A stretch of DNA of 63,993 nucleotides, the filler included, from Octopus bimaculoides (taxonomy: Eukaryota): the NCBI RefSeq assembly GCF_001194135.2. It is 9 parts of 8 records of this genome, joined end to end, with 100 filler letters (N's around TTAATTAATTAA, not from the genome) between each part and the next. Parts side by side here need not be neighbours in the genome. Positions count along the whole stretch, not along the records: positions 1 to 2,442 come from NC_068994.1; positions 2,543 to 15,389 come from NC_068987.1; 7 more parts are not named here. The stretch is one strand, 5' to 3'. The notes beneath the pieces are model-generated. The model was not told the DNA's origin and searched no databases. It was given only the letters and a program-made list of their open reading frames with translations. Both the position numbers and the translations under genes were made by a program. Below, piece after piece: positions 1 through 12,930 of this stretch; position 1 is the first letter of the stretch, and each line of letters starts with the position of its first letter.

Positions 1-68
<68 letters not shown>

Positions 69-531
69 TGTATGTATACATATACACACATACACTCACA
101 CACACGCACACACATATATAAATGCAGACAGAAGCGCAGGCGCAGCTGTGCGATAAGTTTGTTTTCCAGCTACTTAGTTCCGGGTTTGTTCCGCTGTGCG
201 GCGCCACCATCGGTTGGTGTCTTCTGCTATAATATTGGACTGGCAAAATCACTGACTGGATTTAGTAGATGATAATATAAAAACCCCGTTGCACACACAC
301 TCTACATGGTCGATGGACCTGCAAGCAATAACAGCCATATAGCTTTCACATTATACTTTATCGCCATAAACAAAAAACTGGGTAACGGAGTCTGAGATTG
401 ACATATTAGCAGCGACCATCGCGTCTCAATAAATGCTGCGATGATCACTGCTGGAACGGTTTCGATTATAAATCTACTGAATCTGGACTGGCAATAGACT
501 AAGCAATAGCAACAACAACAACAATAATTAG

Positions 532-596
<65 letters not shown>

Positions 597-1073
597 GTTT
601 GTCTGCCAGTCTGATTCAGCTTGAATGACTTCTAGTCATACGAAATGCAATCCGCTCAACTCTCCATTAACTTATCAACTCGGCCGTCAAATCCTTCACA
701 GCTTCGTACAGGAGCCGTGGGAAAAATCAACACTTAAACGAAATATTCCGATTTTCACATCCGATCACTTATAATCCCTTTTCTCGTTTCCTTCAAGAAA
801 ATTTCACGAATTCTCTTTGCTACGCATTAACAAGATATTTCAAATCTTTTCCGAAACTTTTCGAGATCGGCGTTGTTTTTGTTGTTGTTTTGTTGTTGCT
901 GTTGTCCAAGGAGGTCATTTATAAACCAAACAGATCAAAGGCATTCTATCAGCTGTGACTATCTCGTCTTTATTTTATTCTTAGATTGTATTCCAGGACT
1001 ACACTCTCCAAATATGTCCCTGCTTGACATTTTCGTCGATGTTTATCTTAACCTTATGTATGAATCGAGTTGT

Positions 1074-1298
1074 CAGTAATCCCTCGATTATTGCGGGTCT
1101 TACGTTCCAAAACACCACGCGTTAGGTGAAAATCCGCAAAGTAAAAACAGTGCCGTATATATATATTTTTTATAATTTGTATATATCTAATTCGTTATAA
1201 ATGCAAAACAACACCACGGAAGAATCGACGTAACTTAAATATTAAACCGCGATTGGTGAACCGCGATAAGTGAATCACGATATGGTGAGGGATTACTG
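1074..1298. mobile_element. pogo/Tigger-type MITE (225 bp)
   Basis: Terminal inverted repeats CAGTAATCCCTC (1074-1085) and GAGGGATTACTG (1287-1298), followed by TA on the right; the left TA is not preserved. No coding capacity. Confidence 0.7.
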
Positions 1299-1309
1299 TA
1301 TTCCAGATT

Positions 1310-1620
1310 CCATCTCATGGGATAATTTCCCCATCCGATGACGTTGATGATCGAGATGGCCAATTCTTATGCGAAACAGCAACTACAAAGATGTTAAGGA
1401 AGAACTGGCGGAGGATGTGTTATATTTTGCGTTCTTTACAGTTTCCTCCTCCTCTATATGTATGTATGGAATATCCTGTGAAAGAGTTGAGAATATTCTG
1501 CACAATAAACTTGGCATAAAGAAGGCTTCTGCTTGGTGGATGCCACATCTTTTGCTCAGTTATCAATGGAGTATATCTAGAATGAAATATGATCAAATCA
1601 TAACCATATACAGATCCGTC
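1310..1620 (+). mobile_element. mariner transposase remnant (HTH region)
   Basis: Translation GISCERVENILHNKLGIKKASAWWMPHLL matches the mariner IS.ERV..ILH..LG.KK.SARWVPHLL motif; frameshifted and truncated. Confidence 0.7.
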
Positions 1621-2156
1621 TAAGCAGCATTATAGGCCCCCGACCAAATCAATCATGTATACATAATTATTGGCAGCAAACCACTACATATAAAGATCAG
1701 TATAGGGCCTCTAGGCTCGTGAGGCCCCTTGGGTTACCGTCCACTGAGCTCTTGCCTTAAGATGGTACTGACCATGCATACAACGTCTTTTATTCACACA
1801 GCATATTTTTTTTAAAGAAGGAGGGTGTAGTTTGAATAAGTTTTCGATGCCATGCCTAGCTGGTCGAGTGACCGCTAGATACGTCCCTACGTTAGTTAGT
1901 TTGCAAAGGACAGAGCGACATATTGCAATAATTAAGGGATATTTACAAGAAAGAAATGGTGTTTAATACTTGGAGGTGCAGAGATGTGCCCTAGTAATAA
2001 CCACACCCTGTCTATGATACGTTTTTCCCAAATACAATTGCACTAAACATTATCTCCCTGAGCATTATCTTAAAATGCTAAATTGTAATTAAGCGATTGT
2101 TTACACACGTGCGCACGTGTACGCATACATAAGTGAGCGTATAAGTGGGCGCGCGC

Positions 2157-2187
<31 letters not shown>

Positions 2188-2405
2188 AGTGTGTGTGTGT
2201 CTTCAAACAAGCACGCAAACACGTACACAGGCGATCGCAAAAGTACACAGAGGCAGACGTACATATATAAACGCTCACAGATATATATATATGTTAAATA
2301 CTCGGAATGGAGTTACATATACGTAATAAATGTATAATATATATATACATGTAATGTATGTGTGTGTATGTGTGTGTGTGTATATATCAAATATATATAT
2401 ATATG

Positions 2406-2442
<37 letters not shown>

Positions 2443-2542
2443 NNNNNNNNNNNNNNNNNNNNNNNNNNNNNNNNNNNNNNNNNNNNTTAATTAATTAANN
2501 NNNNNNNNNNNNNNNNNNNNNNNNNNNNNNNNNNNNNNNNNN
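2443..2542. other. Assembly gap spacer 44N-TTAATTAATTAA-44N (artefact; 8 occurrences)
   Basis: Identical 100-nt structure with the 12-mer at 2487, 15434, 46411, 48609, 50321, 55237, 58993 and 60727; the 12-mer gives stops in all six frames. Confidence 0.95.
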
Positions 2543-2599
2543 ACTAAAAACGAACCTAACCGCTCTCAAAAATAAAGAAAAAAGAAAAGAAAAAAACGG

Positions 2600-2960
2600 G
2601 AAAATAATCCAGAATCCTTGTCCGGTACCTGATTGATCCCAATGGTAGTCATGGAATGTAAAAGTGGAAGTAGAAAATAGTTACGGCTAAAAGGGAGATA
2701 ACCGAGAAAGACTTGAAAGTTAACGTTAGATTGTAATCATTTAAAGTAAAGTAAATATAACATAAAATAATCCAGAACCCTTGTCCGGTACCGGATCGAC
2801 CCCAAAATCTAATCAGTTCGTGCCAGTCACGAGGCCAAACGTCCCTGAAGGTTTCATCCGAATCCATCTAGCGGTTCTTGAGATATCTTGTCCACAGACA
2901 AACAAACAAACAAACACGACTGAAAACAATACCTCTGCCTTCGCTAAGGCGGGGGGTAAT
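2600..2960 (+). mobile_element. Non-autonomous Helentron/HINE (DINE-1-like) 3' end
   Basis: TTTCATCCGAATCCATCTAGCGGTTCTTGAGATATC, then (CAAA)n, then GAAAACAATACCTC and a terminal stem-loop GCCTT-CGCT-AAGGC ending GGGGGGTAAT (2931-2960). A 35-40 bp block is duplicated at about 2601 and 2765. Confidence 0.6.
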
Positions 2961-3332
2961 AAAACAAAACAATAAGAAGAGTGCGACTGTTGTTGGTAAT
3001 AGATAGAGATTAACTCTGTTTATCAAAATGAAAATGAAACGAATGAAAAATGTCAAATGAAATTAAATTCAAAGATAGGAAATGCTGAAACATTCATAAT
3101 TAAACCGGAACAACTGCTTTTCTTTCCAAGTAAAATGACGTCATCAGTCTTCGGTCTTTCACAAAAAGTAGCAGAAGGATGGAAAGAAGAAAAAAAAAAG
3201 AAAAAAAATGAAGAGAATTGTGGGGAAAAAATTATTCAGTCAAAAAGTTTAGTGTAATTATGGTGGAATTCACCTGCCATTTTATTAATTCCTCCAGGCT
3301 GAGATGTCAACAGCTCACAAATATATCTATCC

Positions 3333-3650
3333 TCATGAGTTTTGAGGACTGAAATTGCAGTGGAGTAAGAGTATTCTTTTGAGAATGTAGACCTTCAGGT
3401 CTTCCTCAAATTTACACCCATATGATGTGAAATGCTCCGCAAGTTCCGTGGAACCAGTGTTATTTTGCCTGAGGTCGTAGCTGTGTCCGTTAAATCTTTT
3501 TTGTAATCGTTCTATTGTACAACCAACATAAATCATTTTGTGTTTGATGCATTCCGCTGCATACACCACGTGTGAATCCTTATAGGTCCCTCCTGTAAGA
3601 CAGCGGCTGGACATGCTCTAACCAGTCGGCAGTCAGAGATACAGAAACAC
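3333..3650 (-). mobile_element. Penelope-like element GIY-YIG endonuclease fragment
   Basis: VVYAAECIKHKMIYVGCTIERLQKRFNGH...LAEHF is a GIY-YIG signature (VVY..C....YVG.T...L..RF..H). A Cys-rich linker lies upstream in another frame. Confidence 0.8.
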
Positions 3651-3744
3651 TAATACAACCCAGCAGAACAACTGAAAATTAATATTCAAAAACTAGAACA
3701 TCTACAATCTCCTGTGAGTATTTTAGAATTCCCTCAAAATAAGT

Positions 3745-4160
3745 CTAGAAACTTACATATCTACAATTTTCTCTGAACGATCATCTTTAAAAACTTTAAA
3801 AAATCTTTAATATTTACAATTTCTATGAATACTTTTCCTTTCTCCCTGAACATTCGAAAATGTAAACGTACTTTTTATTGTAAGAACACTACAGTTTTAT
3901 TGTCTGTTCGGACATACAAACAATCATCTTTAGGAAATTTTAAAACTTTAATATCTACAATTTTCTGTGAAAATTTTACCCTTCTTTTCTTTCCTTTCCT
4001 TTCTCCCCGAATATTCGAAAATGTAAACATCCTCTTTATTGCAAAAACTCTACAGTTTTCTCTGGCCGGGCGTACAAACGACCATCTTTAGAAAATTTAA
4101 AACTTTAATATCTACAATTTTCTATGAAAATTTTACCCTTCTTTTCTCCCTGACTACTTG
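3745..4160. repeat. Degenerate tandem repeat of about 140-157 bp, roughly 3 units
   Basis: CTTTAATAT(C/T)TACAATTT recurs at 3805, 3946 and 4103, with shared blocks (TTCGAAAATGTAAAC, CTACAGTTTT, CATCTTTA). Confidence 0.75.
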
Positions 4161-4850
4161 AATGTGTAAACAAATTAAACGCACGATAAAAATTAAGGAG
4201 ACAAGCAGCTGCCAATATATACAAACTGCACAATTACGAAAACTGTAAACACAATAAAACCTATAAAAAGAAATGGAAAATTCAAAACATCTAGGAAAGT
4301 AGATTCTGTTATCAGTAGAATAGATACTAAAAATATAGGAATCACTAACTTATTGATCTATGCAGGAAGGAGTACACGTGTCTGTGGAGTGCTCAGCTAC
4401 TTGCACGTTAATTTCACGAGCAAGCTGTTCCGTTTATCGGATCAACTGGAACCCTCGACGTCGTAAGCGACGGAGTGCCAACAACAACAATCTAATCTTC
4501 TAGTAGCTATTTGGGATAGTGATAGAAGATGTGAAACAGAGTATCATAGCAGTAACCGGCAAGCTCTCCAGATATAAGAAAAGAATAGATCAGTATCAAC
4601 AGAATAGATTATTTGAGACAGACCAGAGGAGATTTTATATTTGCGAAGATATTACTGACTCTATTATCATCAAGTGTAACAATTCAAAATGATAATATCA
4701 GAATCAATAATATAGGCGATTGCAGGCCCCAAAAAGCATTAAATAGCTGAAGGATTAAAATTAATCAAAGGACATACTAAGTATGTCTACTTGCTGGAAA
4801 TAACAGTCAAAACTCTTATTTAAATCGCCGAAAATACACTGCTGTCAATT
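4150..4850 (+). mobile_element. Highly decayed non-LTR retrotransposon remnant (R4/Dong-like ORF pieces)
   Basis: Peptide KQSIIAVTGKLSRYKKRIDQYQQNRLFETDQRRFY at about 4535-4640 resembles the conserved R4-clade N-terminal block; interrupted by a SINE piece. Confidence 0.4.
4367..4490 (+). mobile_element. SINE family C, 3' portion
   Basis: Matches the 3' part of the full copy at 17170-17493 (GTCTGTGGAGTGCTCAG...CGACGGAGTGCC) and ends in (ACA)n. Confidence 0.85.
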
Positions 4851-4859
4851 ATATATATA

Positions 4860-6091
4860 CATGGGTTGGACAAAATAATGGAAACACCTAGCATCATAGC
4901 ATCATAATTTTGAAATATCTATAAAACCGTCAAAAGCTTGTTTATTTTTATGTTTTTTGAATTATTATTAGTGTTGCTTAATACGTTTAGCTAAAATTGC
5001 TGTTTCTTATCAGAAATCATCAGGAAAGGGTAATTAAAATTCATCAAAAGGACGGATCTATCGGTCTTTCAAAGAGGTCAAATTATTGGTGCTCGTATGG
5101 CAGGTGATAGTATAATGAAAACAACCGAAAAGTTTGGTGTATCAAGAAGTACTATCTCGAAAGTAATGACAGCCTTTGAGAAAGAGGGAAAAACCTCGTC
5201 GAAACAAAACTCCGGAAGAAAGCCAAAACTTTCAGATAGGGACTGTCGGACTCCTACGCGAATTGTTAGAAAGGATCACAAAAGTACAGCTCCCAAAATT
5301 ACTGCAGAGCTTAATGACCACCTCGAGAACCTCGAGTTTCCACAAAAACTGCTCGCCGGGGGCCGTACAAAGCCGAATTTCACGGGAGGGCTGCAATCAG
5401 AAAAACCACTACTTTCAAAAACAAACGTTGCAAAGCGTTGAGAGTGGAGTAAAAATCTACAGAATTGATCCCTAGAGCAGTAGAAGAATGTTATTTTCTC
5501 GGACGAGTCATCCTTTACCTTATTTACGACCACCGGCCGAGTATACGTATGGAGACAGGCAAAAGAAGCATTTGACCCAGACTGACTTCTTCCAATTGTT
5601 AAACATGGAGGAGGATCTGTGATGGTCTGGAGGGCTATATCTTGGAAATCCGCCCGCTTAATGGTTTCCCTTCGTGGCAGAATTAATAGTCAAGATTTTT
5701 TAAGCATTTTAACTGATCAAATTCATCTTTTGGTTGCGGAACTGTTTCCAGGAGGAAACGCAATCTTTCAGAATGATAATGCTCCAATTCACACAGCTAA
5801 AGTTGTTGCTGAATGGCACGAGGAACATTCTAGTGAAGTTGAACATCTTATCTAGCCACCACAGTCCCCAGTTCTCAATATTATTGAACATTTATGGTGT
5901 ATTTTAGAAAAACAAGTAAGGAGTCGATATCCTCCACCAACATCACTACAGGAACTGGAGACTTTTTTAGCTGAAGAATGGACAAAAATTCCTTTGGAAA
6001 CAATTCAAACTTTGTACGAGTCCATACCTCGTAAAATTACTGCCAAAGCTGTAATTACTGCCAAACGCGGTCTTACCCCATATTAAAATAA
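4860..6091 (+). mobile_element. Tc1-family DNA transposon with defective DD36E transposase (Incomer-like spacing)
   Basis: TA followed by left TIR CATGGGTTGGACAAAATAATGGAAACACC. HTH region DLSVFQRGQIIGARMAG; catalytic D (SDES, 5502), D (QNDNAP, 5775) and E (NIIEHLW, 5886), with 36 codons between the second D and E. Stop at 6084-6086. Frameshift and nonsense codons present; the right TIR falls in a gap. Confidence 0.9.
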
Positions 6092-6667
6092 NNNNNNNNN
6101 NNNNNNNNNNNNNNNNNNNNNNNNNNNNNNNNNNNNNNNNNNNNNNNNNNNNNNNNNNNNNNNNNNNNNNNNNNNNNNNNNNNNNNNNNNNNNNNNNNNN
6201 NNNNNNNNNNNNNNNNNNNNNNNNNNNNNNNNNNNNNNNNNNNNNNNNNNNNNNNNNNNNNNNNNNNNNNNNNNNNNNNNNNNNNNNNNNNNNNNNNNNN
6301 NNNNNNNNNNNNNNNNNNNNNNNNNNNNNNNNNNNNNNNNNNNNNNNNNNNNNNNNNNNNNNNNNNNNNNNNNNNNNNNNNNNNNNNNNNNNNNNNNNNN
6401 NNNNNNNNNNNNNNNNNNNNNNNNNNNNNNNNNNNNNNNNNNNNNNNNNATATAGATGTATATATGTATGTATGTGTCTGTGTTTGTCCCCTTCCACCAT
6501 CGCTTGACAACCGATGCTGGTGTGTTAACATAGCGGTTCGTCTAAAGACCCGGTAGAGTAAGTACTAGGCTTACAAAGAATAAGTCCTGGGGTTGATTTG
6601 TTCAACTAAAGGCGGTGCTCCTGCATGGCCGCAGTCAAATGACTGAAACAAATAAAACAATAAAAGA

Positions 6668-6709
<42 letters not shown>

Positions 6710-7982
6710 GTAATTGCGTGTGTATGTGTGTGTTTGGGTGTATGTGTACGTGAGCATGTGTCCATGTTTGTTGTGTGTATTTTTGCATATGCTCCGGTTA
6801 TGTGTAGACATGTAAATGTGGGGCGTGGCTCCGAGCGTGTGTGTGTGTGTGTGTGTATGTATATGTATATGTATATATATATCTGTGTGTGTGTGTTGAG
6901 ATAATAGATTACTTTGTAAATACTTTATATTTGAATAGGCAATAAACAGCAGTTTAGTCCATTTACATTTATCCAGCGAGGAGCGGCGCCGATCACACAA
7001 CCTCACATACACACACTCCCACACTCACATACAGATCACCACACATACACCCTCACGTACACTCTTACACACACTCTCACACGTACACACTAACGTACAC
7101 ACGCCCTCACACGTACACACTCTCATACAATCACACACACACGCACGCACACAATTACACTCATGAATAAACTCAAGAACTGACACACGTGCACAATGTC
7201 ACACATACACACGCGCACACACATAAACACGCAAACACTCACTCAAGCACTGTTACAGGTGCGCACACACACACACACACACATATACATGCGCAAACAC
7301 ACACACAGTCACATACTCGCACACGCATATTTACATTCGCACACATACAACTTCAGTCACACCGTATCAATATCTTTATCTGTCAACTTATTTACACACA
7401 CACACATACATAGACAAACACACACACACACACACACACACCTGTCTATACACATATTCTCTCCTGCCACTTTCACTTTCTTTCTCCCACCCTTCATCTC
7501 TCCCTCCCTCTTCCACACCCTCCCTCTCCCTCCTTCTACCTTTATCTCCCTCCCTCTATTCTCTCTCCCTCCCTCTATTCTCTCTCCCTCCCTCTATTCT
7601 CTCTCCCTCCCTCTATTCTCTCTCCCTCCCTCACTCTTTCTCTCTGTCTCTCTCTCCCTCTTCCTCCCCCTCTCTCAATATCTTTCTTTATTTTTCTTTT
7701 CTCTGTTGCTATTGGTCTCTTTCTAATTTTCTTTCTTTTTATGACTTTGCTATTGAAAATCATTTCTTTTTACTTATTTTTCTTTGAAAATTTACATTAT
7801 TTATATTTTTGTTTTCGTACATACATACATATACATATATATTTTCCTTACTTTTATTCACGTTATTGTTTATTCTTTATTTTCATTTTCATTATTGTCA
7901 TTTCTTCTCTTTTTTTTTCTTTTTTGTCATTGCCGCTGTTTATTTGCCGTTGTTTTCCAACAACTTTTTTCTTCTCGCTAAG

Positions 7983-8110
7983 GTTAACCGGACAACATAA
8001 AAATCAACGACTTCACCAGACACACAACTCCAGTTTCTTTCTTTGGAATCTACCAACTCATTCATCAACAACAGATTAACGAAAGTAACGAAATGCCAGT
8101 GGCAAACCAG
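7983..8110 (+). CDS. Candidate host-gene exon A: 5'UTR plus start, coding 8093-8110 (MPVANQ, phase 0)
   Basis: Polypyrimidine tract and AG at 7981-7982; in-frame upstream TAA at 7985; GAAATG start with A at -3; strong donor CAG|GTATGT at 8110/8111; non-repetitive sequence. Confidence 0.4.
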
Positions 8111-8569
8111 GTATGTACGCTAAACTTCAACACCAAACGAAACATCAATAACAAAATCTTATTATAATTATTGTTATTTTTACCTGTTTGTAGTATACAA
8201 TTAATATCATTATTTATTATGATATTATAATAATATATAATGTATAATTATGTATAATGACAAATATATCTTATAGCTTATATCGTTTACTTCTTTCAGT
8301 CATTGGACTGCGGCCATGCCGGAGCACCGCCTTGAAGGGTTTTTAGTCGAACAAATTGACCCCAGTACATGTTGAGCTTTTTTTTGTTTTTTGTTTTTTG
8401 AAGTCTGACACTTATTTTATCAGCCTGCTATTGCTGAACTGCTAAGTTGCAGCGATGTAAACAAACCAGCACCGGCTGTCAAACGGAGGTGGATGGGGTG
8501 GCAAACGCAAAAACAAGCATAAATAAATACACACACACACACACACATAAATATATAAATATATTTTTT

Positions 8570-8936
8570 TATTCTTTTACTTGTTTCAGTCATTTGACTG
8601 GGGTCATACTGGAACACCGCCTTTTAGTCGAAGAAATCGACCCCAGGACTTAGTCTTTGTAAGCCGAGTACTTATTCTATCGGTCTCTTCTGCCGAACCG
8701 CTAATGTTACGAGAACGTAAACACACCAACATCGGTTGTCAAGCGATGGAAAGGGGGAGGAGAACAGACTCAAAGACACATAAATATATAAATATATATA
8801 TACGACAGGCTTCTTTCAGTTTCCGTCTACCTAATCCACTCACAAGGCTTTTGGTCGGCCCTAAGCTATAGTAGAAGACATTTGCCCAAGGTGTCACACA
8901 GAGGAATTGAACCCCGAACCATGTACTTGGGAAGCA
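8570..8936 (-). mobile_element. SINE family B, near full length
   Basis: Reverse complement of the 10189-10598 copy: tRNA-like head, internal (TA) tract, and the GGCGGT..CCAG..TGG tail with hairpin. Confidence 0.85.
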
Positions 8937-10152
8937 ATATATATATATATTGTAGTTTAATTTCAAAGTTAGTGTTTAATCCTGCCCATATTTAGATTGA
9001 ATGAATGTGGTTATTAAGCTTTAACTTTTACCTTATTCTACGGAAGATTGCAGGGAATACTTTTGCATGACTTAAAGGTTCCGTCGCTGTTTAGTTACAT
9101 ATTTAGGAGTTGGTTACTTATAGATTTACTTGTTGAATTTAGTTACCGATATTGTTGTACATAGTGTAAATGTGTTTGAAAGTTGTGGTTTCTTTGGTAT
9201 GTTTGTTCCCAAACAACACCTCTTTTAGTGCTGTTGAACCGCCGGATTGAATGGTACTGCCCAGGTGTCGAAACCATAATGATATCCGTGGGGCAGCTGA
9301 TGATGGAGGGATGTTGGAATGTTGGTATGGCTGCTTTTGTACATGTGGAATAATATTATAATACATCTTTTTGATATATAAATATATATATAGACACACA
9401 TACACACACGACAGGCTTCAATACAGTTTCCGTCTACCAAATTCACTCACAAGGCATTGGTCAGCACGGAGCTCTAATGGAAGACACTTGTCCAAAGTGC
9501 CTCGCAGTGGGACTGAACCCGAAACGACGTGGCTGCAAAGCAAGCTTATGAGCCAAACGGCCATGTCTGTTTTGCTTATCCTTTCCCGGAACGAAAGCGA
9601 AAATATAATTACCAGACGAGCAACGAGGTCAATTTGTTTCCCCAATGACCCTCATCTCCGAATTTCTGTCCTTGTGCCAATATTACGTTACAGCGTCGGA
9701 CGAAATACGGCGCGGTAGTTCTTCTGTCTGTCTTTTACATTTTGAGTTCAAATACTACCGAGTCCATGTTTATTTTCCATCCTTCTAGAATCGATAAGAT
9801 AAAACACAAGCGAAGTTCTGGGACCGATTTGATCGAGTAACCCTTTCACCTGAAATTTGTAGCAAATTTTTATAACTCCTCCCCTGAAAGGTTGGTCTTG
9901 TGCCGAAATTTGAAACTATTAGAGCGGCGAGCTGGCAGAATCGTTACCGTGTTGGACACACTGCTTAGCGACATTTCGTTCGTCATTACGTTGTGTTCAA
10001 ATTCTGCCAAGGTCAACTTTACCTTTCATCCTTTAGAGGTCTATAAAACAAATACCAGTTGAACACTCCCCCTACTCCGAAATTGCTAGCCTTGTGCTAA
10101 AATTTGAAATGATAATAATAATAATTATAATAATAATAATAATAGTTAGTTA

Positions 10153-10188
<36 letters not shown>

Positions 10189-10349
10189 GGCGCAGGAGTG
10201 ACTGAGTGGTAAGTAGCTTGCTTAGCAACCACATGGTTCCGGGTTCAGTCCCACTGCGTAGCATCTTAGGCTAGTGTCTTCTACTATAGCCTCGGGCCGA
10301 CCAAAGCATTGTGAGTGAATTTGGTAGACGGAAACTGAAAGAAGCCCGT

Positions 10350-10385
<36 letters not shown>

Positions 10386-10597
10386 GATATGTTTGTGTAT
10401 CTGCTTGTCCCCCCAACATCGCTTGACAACCGATGGTGGTGTGTTTACGTCCCCGTAATATAGTGGTTCGGCAAAAGAGACCGATAGAATAAGTACTAGG
10501 CTTACAAAGAATAAGTCCTGGGGTCGATTTGCTCGACTAAAGGCGGTGCTCCAGCATGGCAGCAGTCAAATGACTGAAACAAGTAAAAGAGTAAAAG

Positions 10598-10598
<1 letters not shown>
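10189..10598 (+). mobile_element. SINE family B, full length (tRNA head, internal TA/TG microsatellite, LINE-derived tail)
   Basis: Head GGCGCAGGAGTGACTGAGTGGTAAG...GGGTTCAGTCCC with A/B-box-like motifs; 3' end GGCGGTGCTCCAGCATGGC.GCAGTCAAATGACTGAAAC(AAGTAAAAGA). More than 15 partial copies occur in the window (e.g. 6470, 18400, 20370, 42050, 45825, 46467, 52525, 53332, 59688). Confidence 0.9.

Positions 10599-10686
<88 letters not shown>
10599..10686. repeat. (TTA)n microsatellite
   Basis: Near-perfect ATT repeat directly after the SINE tail. Confidence 0.95.
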
Positions 10687-10687
<1 letters not shown>

Positions 10688-11186
10688 GCTATCATCATCT
10701 TCAAAGCAGTGAGCTGGCAGACTCTTTAGCACGCCGAGCAAAATGCTTGGTGGCGTTTCGTTTGTCTTTACGTTCCGAGTTTAAATTCCGCCAAGGTCGA
10801 CTTTACCTTCCTTATGAATTAAGTACCAGTGAATCACTGGGGTCGATGTAATCGACTAGTCCCCTTCCCGCGAATTTCAGGTTTTGTACCTTTAGTAGAA
10901 AGGGTTATAATTATTATTATCGTTTGACCTTCGAGATTCACCGAGATTTCACTGCACTCTACCAGCTGAGTGACAAGGTCAAGGGAAAGTCGATCCTTTA
11001 ATTCTGTAGAGAGTTTGGAGAGATTTTAAGCGACGATGGTATGGGACTGACTCTGAGTATCGATGAAGACAGTCTAAATCTTAAGTCACTTCTGGAAGAT
11101 TTTCAGGTTGGAGGTTATGGACAATTTACCAAAGTCCTTGGCCTGACAGTTCAAAATTTCTAAGGTTATTCTTGATAAACAGGTAT

Positions 11187-11419
11187 CTTATTTCTTTATT
11201 GCCCACAAGGGGCTAAACATAGAGGGGACAAACAAGGACAGACAAAGGGATTAAGTCGATTACATCGACCCCAATGCGTAACTGGTACTTAATTTATCGA
11301 CCCCGAAAGGATGAAAGGCAAAGTCGACCTCGGCGGAATTTGAACTCAGAACGTAACGGCAGACGAAACAACGCTAAGCATTTCGCCCGGCGTGCTAACG
11401 TTTCTGCCAGCTCGTCGCC
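11187..11419 (-). mobile_element. SINE family A, tail type A1, with 15-bp target-site duplication
   Basis: TSD TTGATAAACAGGTAT at 11172-11186 and 11421-11435. tRNA-like head GGCGACGAGCTGGCAGAAACG...GAGTTCAAATTCC. The central GCCTTTCATCCTTTCGGGGTCGATAAATTAAGTACCAG resembles the MetaSINE domain as I recall it. Confidence 0.9.
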
Positions 11420-11890
11420 TTTGATAAACAGGTATGGCAGTGTTGAAGCCTGTAACAAGCGAACATGTCTGGCACGCACTCTGTAGTGTTTGTTCATTCC
11501 TGACTGTCGGTTTGTTGAAGGACAACTATCATGTGCAGACGGATCCAGTTATCACCCAACTCCATCGTGTTGATCGAACCACCGCTTTCATTTTGATGTG
11601 GGGAAAGTAGACAGTTTGCTTCCTGGTAGTTAACTCATTTGATAAGTTTGAAGATGGAGATTTTCCTTTCAAGCCAAATCTTCATTGACGAAAGTTTAGT
11701 TTGAAAGGTTTGGCTTCGGGTAGCACCACGTGAAGAGAAAAGTGAGGAAAGACAGAGAAAGACTATCCCGCAGAAAATTTTTATAAAAAATAGAAAAGAA
11801 TGACAAAACTGACCCCGTTAAGTGGGCCTGTTCTAATTTTACGATTGCAAATTGGCTCGAAGAACTGAGTGATGCCAAATGCCTTTGGTA

Positions 11891-11948
<58 letters not shown>

Positions 11949-12589
11949 CTTGTTCTTGTTTAGTCCCAGATTAACCCCGACTGAACAGGCATAAGATCAA
12001 AACTCTTCCAGTCGTTATGACCATCATATCTTCCTAAGAATATGTAAGACGAGCCACATTATCAAATGTATTCTTTCTTATATCCAGGCGGTAGACAGAT
12101 AGTTTAAGAAATTTAGCTGTTATTTCTAGCAGATCGAGCGACATGTAGAAGCTCGTTGACCCATGTTAATCTACGGTTGTGTGTCAGATGCTCCGAAACA
12201 TCTCATGTGCTTGTCCTCCATTGCGGCTGTTTAATATCTATTTTAATCATTAATCATGTTATATGATGTATAGGTGTGAGTCAGGTACCGGCAAGACACC
12301 ACAATTTGAATGATGTTGACGATCCCGAGATGAAGGAATTAAGATCGAATACTAGTTGGGCGATCCGGTAGACAGGGATGCACATCAATGAGGCACAGAG
12401 AAGCCGTCAAGAAGAACGTCCTTAATAACTCCTAATAACCCCTTGGATCTTACTGGTATCTTGTATGCGAAGCTTTCGATTAATAGCACTTGAACAAGCA
12501 AGCTATTTGCAAGTTTTTATTAATGTATTAATGACGCTGTTGATGTAATTTTATTCGATGTACATCTCCTACTGTTGCTTGCAGGGCGA

Positions 12590-12930
12590 GATTTTGACCT
12601 AAGGTGGGGGGGGGGGCTCAGCACTTAAAAGATTTTGGTGGCCCCATATAAATGTAATTCAAAAATATAAATTATAATAGACCATCAAATGAATTTTTAT
12701 TTTATTAAAATGTAACAAAATGAACAGTAAAATGGAAAATAATTTTAATTTTTGTATACTTCCACTTTATTTATATTTGAAAAGTTTTCTCCTACTTTTT
12801 TTAATTGGAAAGTCTTTGATCAGTTTCTCACTATAACACCATGAACACTGAAATTATATTTCCAATCATATAAACTACTTCGAATAGTATTTCAGCAAGT
12901 TTAAAGTGATTTTTTTGTGCCGTAAGCCAT
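12590..12930 (-). mobile_element. Possible hAT transposon 3' end remnant
   Basis: End reads ...CTCGCCCTGC on the minus strand, with GGGGCC motifs; the frameshifted peptide LNLLK.TIRSSL resembles the hAT dimerization domain. Confidence 0.3.
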
